From contig OZ024742.1 in assembly GCA_964016885.1 (NCBI GenBank), positions 182,714,001 through 182,778,000 of the forward strand: a stretch of DNA of 64,000 bases. The letters are read 5' to 3'. The translations under genes were made by a program, and so were the position numbers. Below, piece after piece: positions 49,300 to 62,017 of this stretch (its first letter is position 1; the number at the start of each line of letters is the position of its first letter). Source of the stretch: Eledone cirrhosa (taxonomy: Eukaryota). Below the pieces are notes generated by a model. It saw nothing but the letters and a program-made list of their open reading frames with translations, was not told where the DNA came from and made no database searches.

Positions 49300-49514
49300 A
49301 AGAAAATATCAGTGATACGAAAAGATTTCCTGGTGGAAGTTCAGGTAAACTCCGGGTGTATATCCAACTTCAGAGTGAAAATCCAATTTGAAAATCCAAC
49401 GTAGACCATTACTCACCAGAATACTCGATACTAGGAGTAGTAAAGTATGGTTATATGAATGACTCAGTACCTCGACGGCTGGGCTCTTGCCGTTTCAACA
49501 AATAGTTCCAGACT
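49297..49514. mobile_element. Diverged family-H relative in (TA)n, without fold-back
   Basis: ACCATTACTCACCAGAATACTCGATACT..GTAGTA..CGACGGCTGGGCTCTTGCCGTTTC matches family H. Confidence 0.65.
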
Positions 49515-52500
49515 ATATGTATATATATATTGTCCGTTTATTTTGTATTTTAAAGAAATGATTAGTTTTAAATACTCAAATATCTAGGGAAAGAGTAACT
49601 CTAATAATTTCATAAACACAAACCTGAACGGGTTACAATATTCATTTATTCCTCAGACACATGACCGATATATGTATATAAGGGGAAATATGGTCAATTT
49701 GAATAACTAGATTATATTGTTAGTTGATATATTATCAACACTAGAAAGGTGAGAAGTGCAATCATCTTTGGAGAAATTTGAACACATAAGATGAAGTACA
49801 AATCTGTAAGCTGTAGAAATTATAAATTCCACTATCTATATTGAAACTATTATATAGATGTGTATTATTTAACAATCATTGCTGACATTAATTTATCTTC
49901 CACTTTACACCAGCTACTCGTTTCTCCTCGATAATAAACTCAACTCTGAAACATAATCTTATACCTCTAACATTATATTTGCCATCTTCATATCCTCCTC
50001 TTCCCCTCTCTCCCTACCATTCTTCCTCCTCAGTCTAATAAGCACATCTAATGAGTCTATTTAAATATGTCGCTATAACTACTGCCTTCATTACTGCATT
50101 GCACGCTTATTTGACGCCATTTTTCATGTCCACCCCACCTAACACCCCTACTACTACAACATCACCACTACCACCACAGGCCATCAAATTGTATTTTCTT
50201 TTTCCTAAAGAAAGAGAAGGGAAGTAGCAGGGATCAGGCAGGAATGGGCAACGATCTCGGGCGTTAATCTTCGGTGCTTCCATGGATTAAGTGTTGTGTG
50301 TGAAACAGAAGTGGGAAGAGGTTTGGGCTTGTTTTATTTTTTGTTTCTTTTTTTTATTTCGTTTTTTAAGTTAATTTCATTTAATTGTTCAATCCTGCGG
50401 GGGACGCCATTTTGTTCCTCTCTTTATTGTGTATATTTCTGTTTTTACTATTTGATTTTTTTTTTTAATTTATTCATTTATTGTTTAGTTGTCAGCTTAG
50501 ATTGAACTGTGTTTTGATGGAGCGTGCTCGGTGTTATTTCTTTAAGATAATCCTTGTTCAGGCTCCAACAGCTGTCCACTTATATATTAATCCTGTTTAA
50601 AAAGAGTCACGACTGGATTTCTCAGAGTATTTATAAAACTAGAGGAAATATCCTTGAGTGAGTGACAAGCGATTGTCATATAAACAGATACATTGATCGA
50701 GTATTTAGTTAGGAGACTCTCCAGCTTTCCAATGATAAAGAAAGCAACCACAATAAATATGTCTTGAATGCTACATACTCATTATGAAGTTGCTATTACT
50801 GATTGTTGTTGACCTTAAACCTTCTGAAACATAAGTTCATATGCAATATTGACTGTTTGGTTAAGACATCTAACTATCTAACTTTCCTTGTCAAGAGGTG
50901 TTGAGCGTGGAAGTAGTCTATATTCTCGAGAGAATAAAGAAGATAGATATTATGAATTAAGCACATTTCCCAGAGCTGTCACTGTAAGCGACTGAAGAAC
51001 AGCTATGGCAGATCTTCTATTAGAGGAAAATATTTTTGTGTCTATCATCAGCAGACATTCTTTCATGTGTGTGTGTGTGTGTGTGTGTCTGTGTGTGTTT
51101 GTTTGTATGAGCGTGCGTGTGTGTGTATGTGTGTGTATACGCGCAGGCGTATTTGTCAGTTTGTATTTGTGGCATTGTGATGAAACCAGGTTTTCATTTT
51201 GAAGCCATTTCACTTAATTGACGTCACTACTGCCCCGAAGAAAGGCATGAATATCATAATGTGCTATACACCCCTACTCCTTGTAAATATGGAATTTTAT
51301 GTGTTTGTAGAAAATCAATGACTGAAGAATGTTTATTTAATGCCATATAACAGCACATGTATTAGATATCATGTATCAAATGAGATTTATATTAAAAAAA
51401 TTATACAAAAATTGAAAAAATATAAATATGAAACTTATTACTGCTTTATGAGGTAATAAAATAATGTTATATGAATATGTGGAACGTTTGAGATGCTAAT
51501 TATATCAATAAGGTATAATGAATGAGATTTATGAGATAAGGAGTTTCCTGACGATACAGGCTCATATTACCTGTACTAATACTTATGGCAGTTATTGAGT
51601 TATCGTAAATTAGTTGACGAGTGACACCTTCCTCAATACTTGACTACAGCGACACTATCTTCACATAGATTTCTTTTAACTTGGCATATAAAATCAACAT
51701 ATGTTGGGAAAGAAATATAGTCAATTAAATTGACTGCAGTATATGTATAATATGCATTCTATCGATATTACAGAGAAAAAGCGTAAGTCAATCCCGCAAT
51801 TCTGCTTGAAACTTAGAACGAAGCTAAATAGTGTAAAGCATGTAAATCCAGTATTTTTCTATTTCGCCACCATTTTGTGGCATATTAATAAATATTGAAC
51901 CTGCTTTCTTCAGAGTCGACTACCAAAATGTCAGAAGTGACAACACTATAATTTACGTTGTTGTGAGCCTATAATTATAATTATACGGTGGTCTGCTGCC
52001 AATGTCGGAAATCATTATATAGATTATTTAGATGATGGTAACATTAAGATCTTTAAGCTTGGAAAGTTGAATGATTTTGACATTGTGTTATGACATCGAA
52101 TTTATAATGGATTGCTTTACTTTATCTGTACTGTTCTGACTAAATATGTTGATGAGAAACATAACATGATGATATATTTGCGAGAGAAGAGGCAGAATGA
52201 CGAAGTGAATAAGCAAGGCTTTGAATCACAAGATGAACATTCATAAGTTCATATCTACTGTACGCTTTCAGTTTTGTCTTTAAACAGAACATCTAATTCT
52301 ACTTGTTTAGATCAGCTGTTGGGGCTATGTATTAGACCATAAAAAAAATTTTACATTATTAACAGAATTAAATCAGAATTAAACATTGGCTTCAGAAGCC
52401 CGTGTCGGGTGTGGTTTGCAGAATTCCGTTGTTGGTAAGGAAGGGCATTCTTGACTTACTATAGAAACACCTACACATATGTTCCGGCACTAGTAATCAA

Positions 52501-54061
52501 CAGATGCAATGTTCAGACTGTTCGTCGATTCCTGCAGTCTGTGAATATGACTTTGTTGATCAGTAATTGCTTTTTACAATCATATCTGTCATTGAGATTT
52601 TTCGCAGTGAGTTGTTTTATCTATATTTTATTTCCACGGGGAGTATTTAGTTGTCCCGACTTTCCGTGCTCTAAATTCAAATCTCGTCAAAGTCAAATTT
52701 CGTTCATTCGAGGTCGAGTGTGCGCCTATTAAATAGTTTTGTCAATATCTTGCATGTGCCTATTACATATATATATATTTTACCAGAAATGTTTAACTTT
52801 ATAATTTCCAGGAATTTTCCAAGCGTAACGACTGAACTTCCATTGTTATTTTGATACTGTTAAGCGGGGAATTGACAATGTCGTTAGGGTATCAGATTAG
52901 AAAATGTCTTGGTATTTGTTCTGATGCACTGCACTTTCAGATGAAGAAGGAGGTGGCTTCACCAGGTTTACAATGTTCAAGACACGCCGTGATAAAGCAA
53001 CACCCCTACGACTCCATTGAGAATTAAGGGTTTTTAGGTTCAAATGATGATGTTTCAATCAACCTGCTCCCCACAACTGGGAAAACTTCTCTACAGAATC
53101 CTTTCATATCTCCTACTGTTGACAATGTATTGGTTTCTACCTTATTTCTAAGTGTTCGATCAATTCACCTCGGATCAAAGCCGAATTATTTGTTCTGTTT
53201 AAACATTCATTATCGTTTTTCATAACGACAGATACTTTGCGATCCAGACGTACTTCAATTTTCAGTATTTTTGAGGTTGTGGTTGTTGATATGTTGCAAT
53301 TTCTTTAGTTGTTTTCTCTTTTGTTTTTCATGCATGTTTTTTCATTGTTGATCTCATTAAGGATTGGGAGAATATTCATTCATTCTATATATTCATCTCT
53401 ATGTTTTCTTTGCACAATGCTTGTTATTTGGATGTTTATATTTCGAATAGTTTTGAGGAAAAGTGCCAATTGTGCTTTACAACTACTGCATAAGTTATTT
53501 CATTTAAATTGATAATATTCATGTTTGCATCGACTTTAGTAAATTTGTGATGGCTCAGTTTGTGGTGTTTTATATTGCTTTATTTTTTTTATTATATCGC
53601 TGTGAGGGCCTTTCGTCGCTATATAGGAGGATATTCTATGCATTTTAATTCTTTAATTCTTTTCACTTTTAGAATATTTTAATGTTAAGAATGTTCACCC
53701 TTAGAATATGCTTTTCGTAAATCTTTCTGATATTCCCATGTATTCATATTTCCCTAAGAAAATGAAGCAGTGTTGGAAAGGACTATAAATGCCATAAATG
53801 AGAGGAAATGGAGGGACTATTAGATAAGAAAGTGGAAAGGAGAGAGAGTAACAGACTCTACACCTAGGTCAGAGGGGTGTTTCGGCTGCCTCACGCGGTC
53901 AAAATTGTAAAAACATTTACGCGGACAATGGCCAGCAACAGCCACTCCACCTCGCGGGGCTCCTTCCCCAGACAAGCTGATATCGATACATTAATATTGC
54001 ATATCAAGTTAGTGTGAATTTATGACATTACAGTTATACACAAGGGGAACATATGATATAC

Positions 54062-55091
54062 TGTCATCGCCTCCATCCATCTCCCCCTCCCCATCTCTCC
54101 GTATGGTGAACAAATGGGGTCCCACGTGCTGGCCTCCCCACAGCCCCCGGCGGACAGAACGGAGAAGGCGTTTCCCCGGAGGATGGTAAGGGAGATGCGC
54201 TGGAAGAGCCATTCCAACTCGTGTGGCCCACACCTGCGGCTGGCCAGCTCAGCGCTATGGTGGTGGGTAGGGAGGTAGCCCTAGGGCCAAGGACACCAGA
54301 AGTCTCCACTGCCAAGAGCACGACCGCGAACCTGTCGGAGAGCGACCGGTACTTGGAGAGTTTGGCCTCTACAGCCTGACGTGCAGCAGAATCTGGGTTA
54401 GTCGCAGACTGCACCAGGTTGCGACTGGAGAAAGTGCAGTTGCAAGTGGCATTCCAGACGAGCGGTTTGCCACCGCGGAACGGGAAGATGGTCGCACCGT
54501 CTGGCCTTTTGCCGTCCCCTCGGTTCAGCCCCACCGACTCGAGCTGGGAAGGGATGCCTTCAGCGTCCAAGCCATGCTATATGACCTCGTTGAGGGCAGC
54601 ATAGAGTGGAAGGCAGCCGGAACTGACAGGAAAGTGGGTGGAGGCCGAAAGAGTCCACGGTGGATCCACAGCGATATTTATGTGGCTCGGAGATCCGGAG
54701 GACAAGCCTCAAGGAAACGCCAACGCTATCGTTATCCTGCTGTGTGCCAGTGGAGGAGGGCAAGGCTTGGAGCCAAGCACCACTGTGGGGTATGGAGGCT
54801 GCACGAAAACAGGCAAGGCGGTGCTGGTTGAGCTGGCGTGTGAGCCTGTCTGAGGCCAGGCTGCACTGGATGGCATCCCAAATGATTTGAGGGGACTTGA
54901 CGTCAGCAGGGGGAGAAGGGGGAGGGACGTCTACTGGGCTAAGTCCCAGTCGGTCCTATGCCTCACAGGCGGCCTCACGTTCCCCGATCACAGAGGGCTC
55001 CATTGTGTTTTGGAGAACCCTGCTGACGAGGACGCGGCATAAGGTTACCGACGAAAGAAACGCCGGCAAAACCAGCGAGATCGGGGACCGG
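54062..55091 (-). pseudogene. Second CRE-clade copy (3' part, decayed)
   Basis: Colinear with 32810-33785: GKRPDGATIFPFRGGKPLVW, LAVETSGVLGP, WLFQRISL..RGNA. Confidence 0.88.
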
Positions 55092-55550
55092 ACGAGGTCA
55101 GTGTGAAGATATTACATAGATTATTGTTATATACTATGTCAGTGTGAACATGACATACAATGCTGTTTTATACAGGGTCAATATGAATATATGACATACT
55201 GTGCTGCTTCATACAGGGTCAAAGTAAACATATGATATTACTATTAAATACGAGGTCAATGTGAACATATGACATACATTGCTGTTATTAACTAGGTCAG
55301 TATGAGTATGAACATATGACATTACTATTATATACGAGGTCAGTGTGACCGTATGACATTGCTGTTATATAAGAGGTCAGTATGAACATATTGCAATTAA
55401 TATTATATACGAGGTCAGTATGTACATATAAATAACGTTATATACGAGTTCGGTGTGAATTTATGACATTACTTTTACACGCTAGTTCAGTGTGAGTATA
55501 TAACATTCCTATTAAATACTAATTCAGGGTGAACATAACATTCCTGTTAC
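55092..55550. repeat. Degenerate minisatellite, unit about 37-45 bp (TACGAGGTCAGTGTGAACATATGACAT...)
   Basis: About 11 diverged units; related units also at 54008-54062. Confidence 0.75.
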
Positions 55551-57148
55551 ATAAGATTAAGTTGGATTCCAATAATCAATGTACAGTCAAACTACATTTT
55601 ATAAAAAGCATGTCACATAGAATCCTCTCTATGTTCTTGTGTAGACTATCCAGAAATTCCATGGGACTATCTGTTCCAATGTAAAAACTACCAGTCCGGT
55701 CTTTATAATATTACCAAGATTTGAGGTACAATATATTATCAAGGATCTACCAAACATAAACAATATATTACAGTACATGAAGGCTACGAAAATATTCAAC
55801 AACAGAAGTGTTAGCTGCTTTATGTTTTTCAGCATTTTAAGTTTTTTTGTTTTTTTTTTGCTTATTATGTCTACCCTTTTCCTTCACATTCTTTTCTTTC
55901 TTCTCTCTCTCTCTCTCTCTCGATTTTGCTTCTTAATAGCAAGGGGTATTAGATACATCTCCTAGTGTGTCATGACATACTAGCACTAGACGACGTTTAA
56001 ATTGGTTAAATAAATAAAATGCAAGGCCACACTATTTCAATTGTGTTAATTCTTTACATACAGATATAACCTGCAATCTTTTATTTATTTGATTTCTAAT
56101 TTATCCGTTACTATTTAATTGATATTTATAGGTTTTAGTATTATTTTCAGTAAGGTTGGTAGTATTTCGTCAGGAACTTTTATGTTCTCTGTTCAAATTC
56201 CACCAGTTTGAACATTCCATCTTTTCGTTGCTATTAAGGCGGTGTAGACGCTATATTTGGCAAATAGAGAGACCACGTAGACGTAGATCCCTTTCAATGG
56301 CTCGAAATTATTCATATCTTATGAATGCTTGGAATAGAAGGTACTCTACATGTTTGTAATAGAAACAAAATAAACATTTAGTATTATGGGCGATAACATG
56401 CAATATTTTTGAAATAATTATCCAATAACCGATTTGTTAATTCAAATGTGTATAGTATTTTTTCCTAGCGGGTGTATTGGGAAAATCTGTAATACTATAG
56501 AAAAAGATTTTGATTTTTAATGTGATACAATATCTAGTGCTGTTGTGTACATTTCAAGTGTGTCTTGCTAATGCTGTTTCATGCGGACGTTATGAATTAA
56601 GAGAATCTAACGAAAGTGGAGAGAAAACAAATAAAAATTTGTTTATTTCTATTGATTTCTGGAGTGTAAAATTATTTCACGGTTTCCTTATTAATTTCCT
56701 CTATTGTATTATTGGTTAGATTTTTTATAAAAATGCGCTAAAGTTGTGTTTGAAAATTAAATTATAAACACATCCAATTTAAGAATACTTCTGGAGGGGA
56801 ATTAAAATAGATAAAGACACAAGTGAATTGACTGTCTTTACGCAGGCTCCTAGCAACTGATATAAAAAAGATAACTCCAATATATTTTTACTACCAGTTA
56901 TATTCCAGCTATCAAATTGATTTTTACTACCAGTTATATTCCAGCTATCAAATTGATTTAGTTATGTGATATAAAAAGAAAAAGCAACATGTTTTTCTAA
57001 TTTTTAATTAAAGACTAAATTTCCACGGGGCTCACCTAATTTACTGACTGCAGAAATGTGAGACATTCTAAGAAAGAGAGGGTTAGAGAAACTGATGATA
57101 AACACGTAGGAGGAGTAATTCATTATTGTAAGTTACTTGAGTATTGAT

Positions 57149-57151
<3 letters not shown>

Positions 57152-57218
<67 letters not shown>

Positions 57219-57219
57219 G

Positions 57220-57274
<55 letters not shown>

Positions 57275-57293
57275 ATATATATATATATATATG

Positions 57294-57345
<52 letters not shown>

Positions 57346-57385
57346 TGTGTATGTATATATATATGTATGTATATATATATGTATG

Positions 57386-57420
<35 letters not shown>

Positions 57421-57470
57421 GTATATATGTATATATATATGTATAAATATATATATAGATAGATAGATAG
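57152..57470. repeat. (TA)n/(TATG) array
   Basis: Direct reading. Confidence 0.95.
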
Positions 57471-58331
57471 ACAGTTAATGAAATGTCAACACAAACACAG
57501 CGATGCAAAAGCACACAGTCTTATTAGTATATTAGTATTATACTTAGGAGGAAGTAGAGGAGGGTTCGGTGCTTTGAACGAAGGACCTTCTTCATATATA
57601 TATATATAATTTTACTTGCATAGGTATGTTTCTAATCTAATTGTTATATCCCCCCCTCTCCCTCTCCCCCTCTCTCTCTCTCTCTCTCTCACTGTATGTG
57701 TGTTTCAAAGGAAGAAGGACCTTTTTCATGGGCTCCGATAATTTTTAGAGGACAGGAAGAAAGGAGAAAAAGAAGAAAATCTGACTGCCTGCAAATGAGT
57801 GAAATCCGGCAACGGCCTTAAATCACAGTGGTATTGTTTACCGGGTAATGGATCAGCTTTACAAACCAGGAACCGTAACGGTTACTGCGATAGACGTTCT
57901 ACCACACAGATTCCGTCTACCGAATTTCACTCACTAGGCTTTGATCAACACGAGGCTATATTAAAAGACATTTGGCCAAGGTTCTTTGAAATTGAATGTT
58001 GAAAGCTGAAACTACGTCGTTCTAAAACTACACAGCCATTCTTCAGATGACATGCCGTTTTTATTAAGTTGAGATTGATTATGTCTTCGTTAATAATTCA
58101 TCAACCAATTGTGGTTATTGTGGAACCTTAGAACTAGGATGATTAATGATTGATTGTATCATCTGAATTAATAAATGACAATTACCTCAGTAGATTAACA
58201 AGATATCAGTTTATATATATATATATCAGTTTATATATATATATATATATATGTGTATATATATATTTATATATGTATGTATGAATATATGTACGTATGT
58301 ATGAATAAATAAGTGTATGTATGTATGTATG

Positions 58332-58382
<51 letters not shown>

Positions 58383-58574
58383 CCACCCCAACACTTGAAT
58401 CTGTTGCTGGAACCCTTTCTGCCTTTGTTAATATTATAGCTTTTAAGAATTACCTTTTAACGAACTTCCTTTTCTTTAAATCCTTCAACCAATGACCTAC
58501 ACCCATCCCAATCCCCACCCTCTCCTACCACCAGATAAGGAAAGATATAAATACCACTACTTACTTGGACAGCC

Positions 58575-58625
58575 AGCTCCCTGATGATTTCTCACGAATG
58601 AAACAGTTCTAGTCCTGTAGAAGCT
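58575..58625 (+). ncRNA. Type I hammerhead-ribozyme-like motif (degenerate)
   Basis: AGCTCC-CTGATGA-TTTCTCACGAAT-GAA-ACAG(TTCTAGTC)CTGT-A-GAAGCT: core boxes present, 4-bp stem III with GUA site, stem I with one mismatch, weak stem II. Confidence 0.55.
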
Positions 58626-58690
58626 CTTCTATATTAAAGCTATATATATATATAATATATATATATATAATATATATATATATAATATAT

Positions 58691-58727
<37 letters not shown>

Positions 58728-58728
<1 letters not shown>

Positions 58729-58912
58729 ATTGTTTCTACCTTTGGCACAAGGCCAGCAATTACCCAGTGTATTACTGGTACTTTATTTTATCGACCCCGT
58801 AAGGATGAAAGGCAGAGTTAACCTCGGCGGGATTTGAACTCAGACAATAAAGGGCCGTAACTCTTTGCTGCAAAGCATGGTGTCCGACCCTCTACCGATA
58901 CTGCCAATCCAC
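58728..58912 (-). mobile_element. tRNA-derived SINE A in (TA)n
   Basis: Full copy. Confidence 0.9.
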
Positions 58913-59077
58913 TATATATGTATAATATCTACATATATATATAATATATATATATGTATATGTATATGTATATATGTATATATATATATATAATAACTTT
59001 GAATAACTTTGAAATGTTTTGGCCAGTATTGGCCCAGGCCATGTCTAACTTCGCACCACCTGGCGAAGTCTTTCAAT

Positions 59078-62017
59078 TCAGGATTTGGGCACCATGGCCC
59101 ATTCGAGAAGAGAATTACTGTTTGCGGAGACATATCCGGGTGTGGGTGGTTTGTCCGGGATTACTTGGAGGAATTTGTCCAAAGACTTCTTGAATTTTGT
59201 GTGGTCAGTTTCTGTTTTGACGTGTCCTGGTGTGATGTTGAAGAGAGCAGGGCCGATTGAGGTGAAATAATTGTGCCGTATTGTTGTTATGAGTTGCGAT
59301 TTAGATTTTTGAATGGGACGGATAGCACGGGGCCCAAGCCTTGGGTGTATCTTGAAGGCGATGCCAACATCATTTGGGCAGTGATGATGGAACATTTTCC
59401 ACATCATGCAGATAATATAACGCTCACGGCGACGTTGGAGTGAGTAAAGTTTCAGGTTTTCCAATCGACCCCAGTAGTCAAGGTCTGACATGCCATCTAT
59501 CTTTTTCGTGATTGCCCTTTGAGGAGCTTCAAGTTTCATGATACTTTGTTTCGTGTGGGGAGACCACAGTGGACAACAGTATTCAAGGTGTGGTCGGGCG
59601 AAAGTAGAGAAGAGAAGGATAATGGTGCGGGAATCTCTCGACTGGAAGGTTCTGAGGATCCAGGAACACATTCTGCGGGCCATGTCAACTTTGCTGCTTA
59701 TATGCGTGGTCCAGCTAATGTTGCTGTCCACGGTTACTCCCAAGTCTCTGATGTTGTTAGATGCCACGAGAGTTTCCCCGGAGGGAAGGGAGTACGGGAG
59801 TTTCAGAGCATCCTCTTTTCCAAAGTGGATCAGTTCGAATTTGTCTTCGTTCAGTAACATGTTGTTCTTTTCTGCCCATTGGGTAACAGCCAGTAGGTCT
59901 GACTGAAGGCTTATCCGGTCATCCACGCCATTGATGACCTTTTGGAGCTTGGAATCATCAGCGAAAATTTTAATGTTGCTGTGTTTGATGATGTCAGTGA
60001 TGTCATTAATATAGATGATGAAGAGAAGTGGGCCCAACACAGTGCCTTGTGGGACTCCACTACTGACTTTGGCTGGGCTTGATTTGACTCCCTCAACTAC
60101 AACATGTTGGGTTCTGTTTGACAGGAAGCTCTTGATCCACTGCAGCAGCTTTCCAGTGACACCAATATTGGACAGCTTTCTCAGTAGAATGTTATGATCA
60201 ACCCTGTCAAAGGCCTTGCTGAAATCAAGGTAGATAACATCAGTGTTGGAACCCTCTCCCAAGGCTCTCAAAATGTCATCAAAGTGATGCAGTAGTTGCG
60301 TCAGGCAATCCCTTCCATTACGGAATCCATGCTGGTTGGAGTTCAGCATATTGTTACTCTCAAGGAAGTGGGTCATTCGCGATCTCACCACTCGCTCAAA
60401 TACCTTAATGATATGAGAGGTGAGTGAGATTGGACGGTAATTCACGGCAAGGGATTTGTTTCCCTTTTTGAAAACTGGGACAACAGACTGGGATAGAAGG
60501 TTTTCTGGCACATATCCAGCATCCAGTGAGTTCCGCCACAGATTGGCAAGAGGAGAAGCAAGTTGGTGTTGACACGCCTTCAAGACACAAGCAGGGAACC
60601 TATCGGGACCTACTGCTGAATTATGCTTGATTTCCTTTATTGCCGCCAAGACATCAGGGGCGCCAAACGTTATGTCCGATAAGGTGTAATGGGGAGTAAC
60701 ATCGCCGATACAGCCCAGATCGGCCATATCAGGATTGCTGAAAACAGAGCAGTATTGTTTCTGCAGTATCTCACCCATGGTTTTAGCATTGTCTTGAAGA
60801 GTGCCATTTTCATCAATTAGAGGGCCAACAGTAGAGCCAGTAATCTGATTGTTGATGAGGGACATTATGTTGTTTTGGAGGTTATGTTTTTTAATCTCTA
60901 GTGATGAAAAGGCAGTCAAGTTGATGTGTTGCTGCTGACAGTATTTCAGCTTGTTGATTTTTTTGTTCGTTCTCTTAATTTTTCTGATGAGCGTTTTTCT
61001 ATTTCTAGGGATTCTGCTCTTAGATTTGTTTATAGTTCTTAATGGGGTGTGTTTAGCACATATGTTTGTAACAGTGTCCACAAATGTCTGCCAGGACTTT
61101 TTGATGTTAGTGGGTGTATGAGTGTGCGTGAAGGACCAGTCGACATGTGCAAGATCATGACTGATCGCTTCCCAGTTTGCATTGTGGAAATCCATAGCGT
61201 CAAACGGATGGACAGGAGAGATGACATTGGGTTTGTATATTGGACGGTGGAATCTCAGATCACAGAGAACCATGTCATGATCAGAGAGTAGAGTTTTCTC
61301 CACTGCAATATTGTGGATATTGTCAGTGTGATTGCTGAAAATTAAGTCTAGGATGTTTTTGTGGCACCTCGTTGGTTCGAGCACTAGTTGGGATAGGAAG
61401 AAATCATCCATGAAGTCAAGAAGCGATTCCACCGCTTCCCTGTCAGAGGTTGAGGCAGAAGAACCTGGTGGCAGGGTGTTTGTGGACCAGTCAACTCCGG
61501 GGAGGTTGAAGTCCCCCATCATTAAGATGTTGTCAGGGTGACACTCTTGGATGAAACACTTTATGCTGTTGAGGCATTCCTTGAAGCATGGTACAGGCGT
61601 TTGGGGTGGCCTATAGAGCCCAACTACTAATAGGTTGTTGGTTTGACTGAATACAGTGACTGCCTCACAGTATCCGTTAGTGAATATGTTCATAGCCTCT
61701 GTTGAGAAAGAATTATGGACATAAATGGCAGTTCCGCCCTTTCTTCTGCCAGCGCGATCAGCACGGATGGCTTTGAAATTTTTCACTTTCACCTCGGCTT
61801 CCAAGTGGAGGTTACTGAGATGGGTTTCAGTGAGGACGAAGAAAGGGATGTGGTTTGGATGGACATCAATCCAGTCCTCCAGGAATTTGATCTTCCATTT
61901 TTGAGTATTGGTGGAAGGGCTGATGCCTTGGGCGTTAAGCAAAAATGTAGAGGCGAGAGTGGATGGTTTTAATTGTTTTGGTGTGTTGTTAATTTGTTTG
62001 TTTGTTAATGGCAGCAA
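59078..62017 (-). CDS. LINE ORF2: apurinic-like endonuclease + reverse transcriptase
   Basis: EN motifs LLNAQG, LTETHL, YRPP, MGDFN, LDLIF, SDHD; RT motifs NYRPISLTS, QHGFR, LDFSKAFD, GVPQGTVLGP, FADD, DLGV; open for 979 codons; the track start is TTG and the frame stays open up to 62134. Confidence 0.93.
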   Translation of the reverse strand: MLPLTNKQINNTPKQLKPSTLASTFLLNAQGISPSTNTQKWKIKFLEDWIDVHPNHIPFFVLTETHLSNLHLEAEVKVKNFKAIRADRAGRRKGGTAIYVHNSFSTEAMNIFTNGYCEAVTVFSQTNNLLVVGLYRPPQTPVPCFKECLNSIKCFIQECHPDNILMMGDFNLPGVDWSTNTLPPGSSASTSDREAVESLLDFMDDFFLSQLVLEPTRCHKNILDLIFSNHTDNIHNIAVEKTLLSDHDMVLCDLRFHRPIYKPNVISPVHPFDAMDFHNANWEAISHDLAHVDWSFTHTHTPTNIKKSWQTFVDTVTNICAKHTPLRTINKSKSRIPRNRKTLIRKIKRTNKKINKLKYCQQQHINLTAFSSLEIKKHNLQNNIMSLINNQITGSTVGPLIDENGTLQDNAKTMGEILQKQYCSVFSNPDMADLGCIGDVTPHYTLSDITFGAPDVLAAIKEIKHNSAVGPDRFPACVLKACQHQLASPLANLWRNSLDAGYVPENLLSQSVVPVFKKGNKSLAVNYRPISLTSHIIKVFERVVRSRMTHFLESNNMLNSNQHGFRNGRDCLTQLLHHFDDILRALGEGSNTDVIYLDFSKAFDRVDHNILLRKLSNIGVTGKLLQWIKSFLSNRTQHVVVEGVKSSPAKVSSGVPQGTVLGPLLFIIYINDITDIIKHSNIKIFADDSKLQKVINGVDDRISLQSDLLAVTQWAEKNNMLLNEDKFELIHFGKEDALKLPYSLPSGETLVASNNIRDLGVTVDSNISWTTHISSKVDMARRMCSWILRTFQSRDSRTIILLFSTFARPHLEYCCPLWSPHTKQSIMKLEAPQRAITKKIDGMSDLDYWGRLENLKLYSLQRRRERYIICMMWKMFHHHCPNDVGIAFKIHPRLGPRAIRPIQKSKSQLITTIRHNYFTSIGPALFNITPGHVKTETDHTKFKKSLDKFLQVIPDKPPTPGYVSANSNSLLEWAMVPKS

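Noticed and set aside
52930-53750. Possible very old LINE remnants (also 3850-4200, 7190-7380, 19270-19680, 30050-30350)
   Set aside because: Only faint motif traces; cannot be delimited or classified by eye
55636-55716. Possible plus-strand exon (YPEIPWDYLFQCKNY..)
   Set aside because: No recognisable homology and a weak donor site
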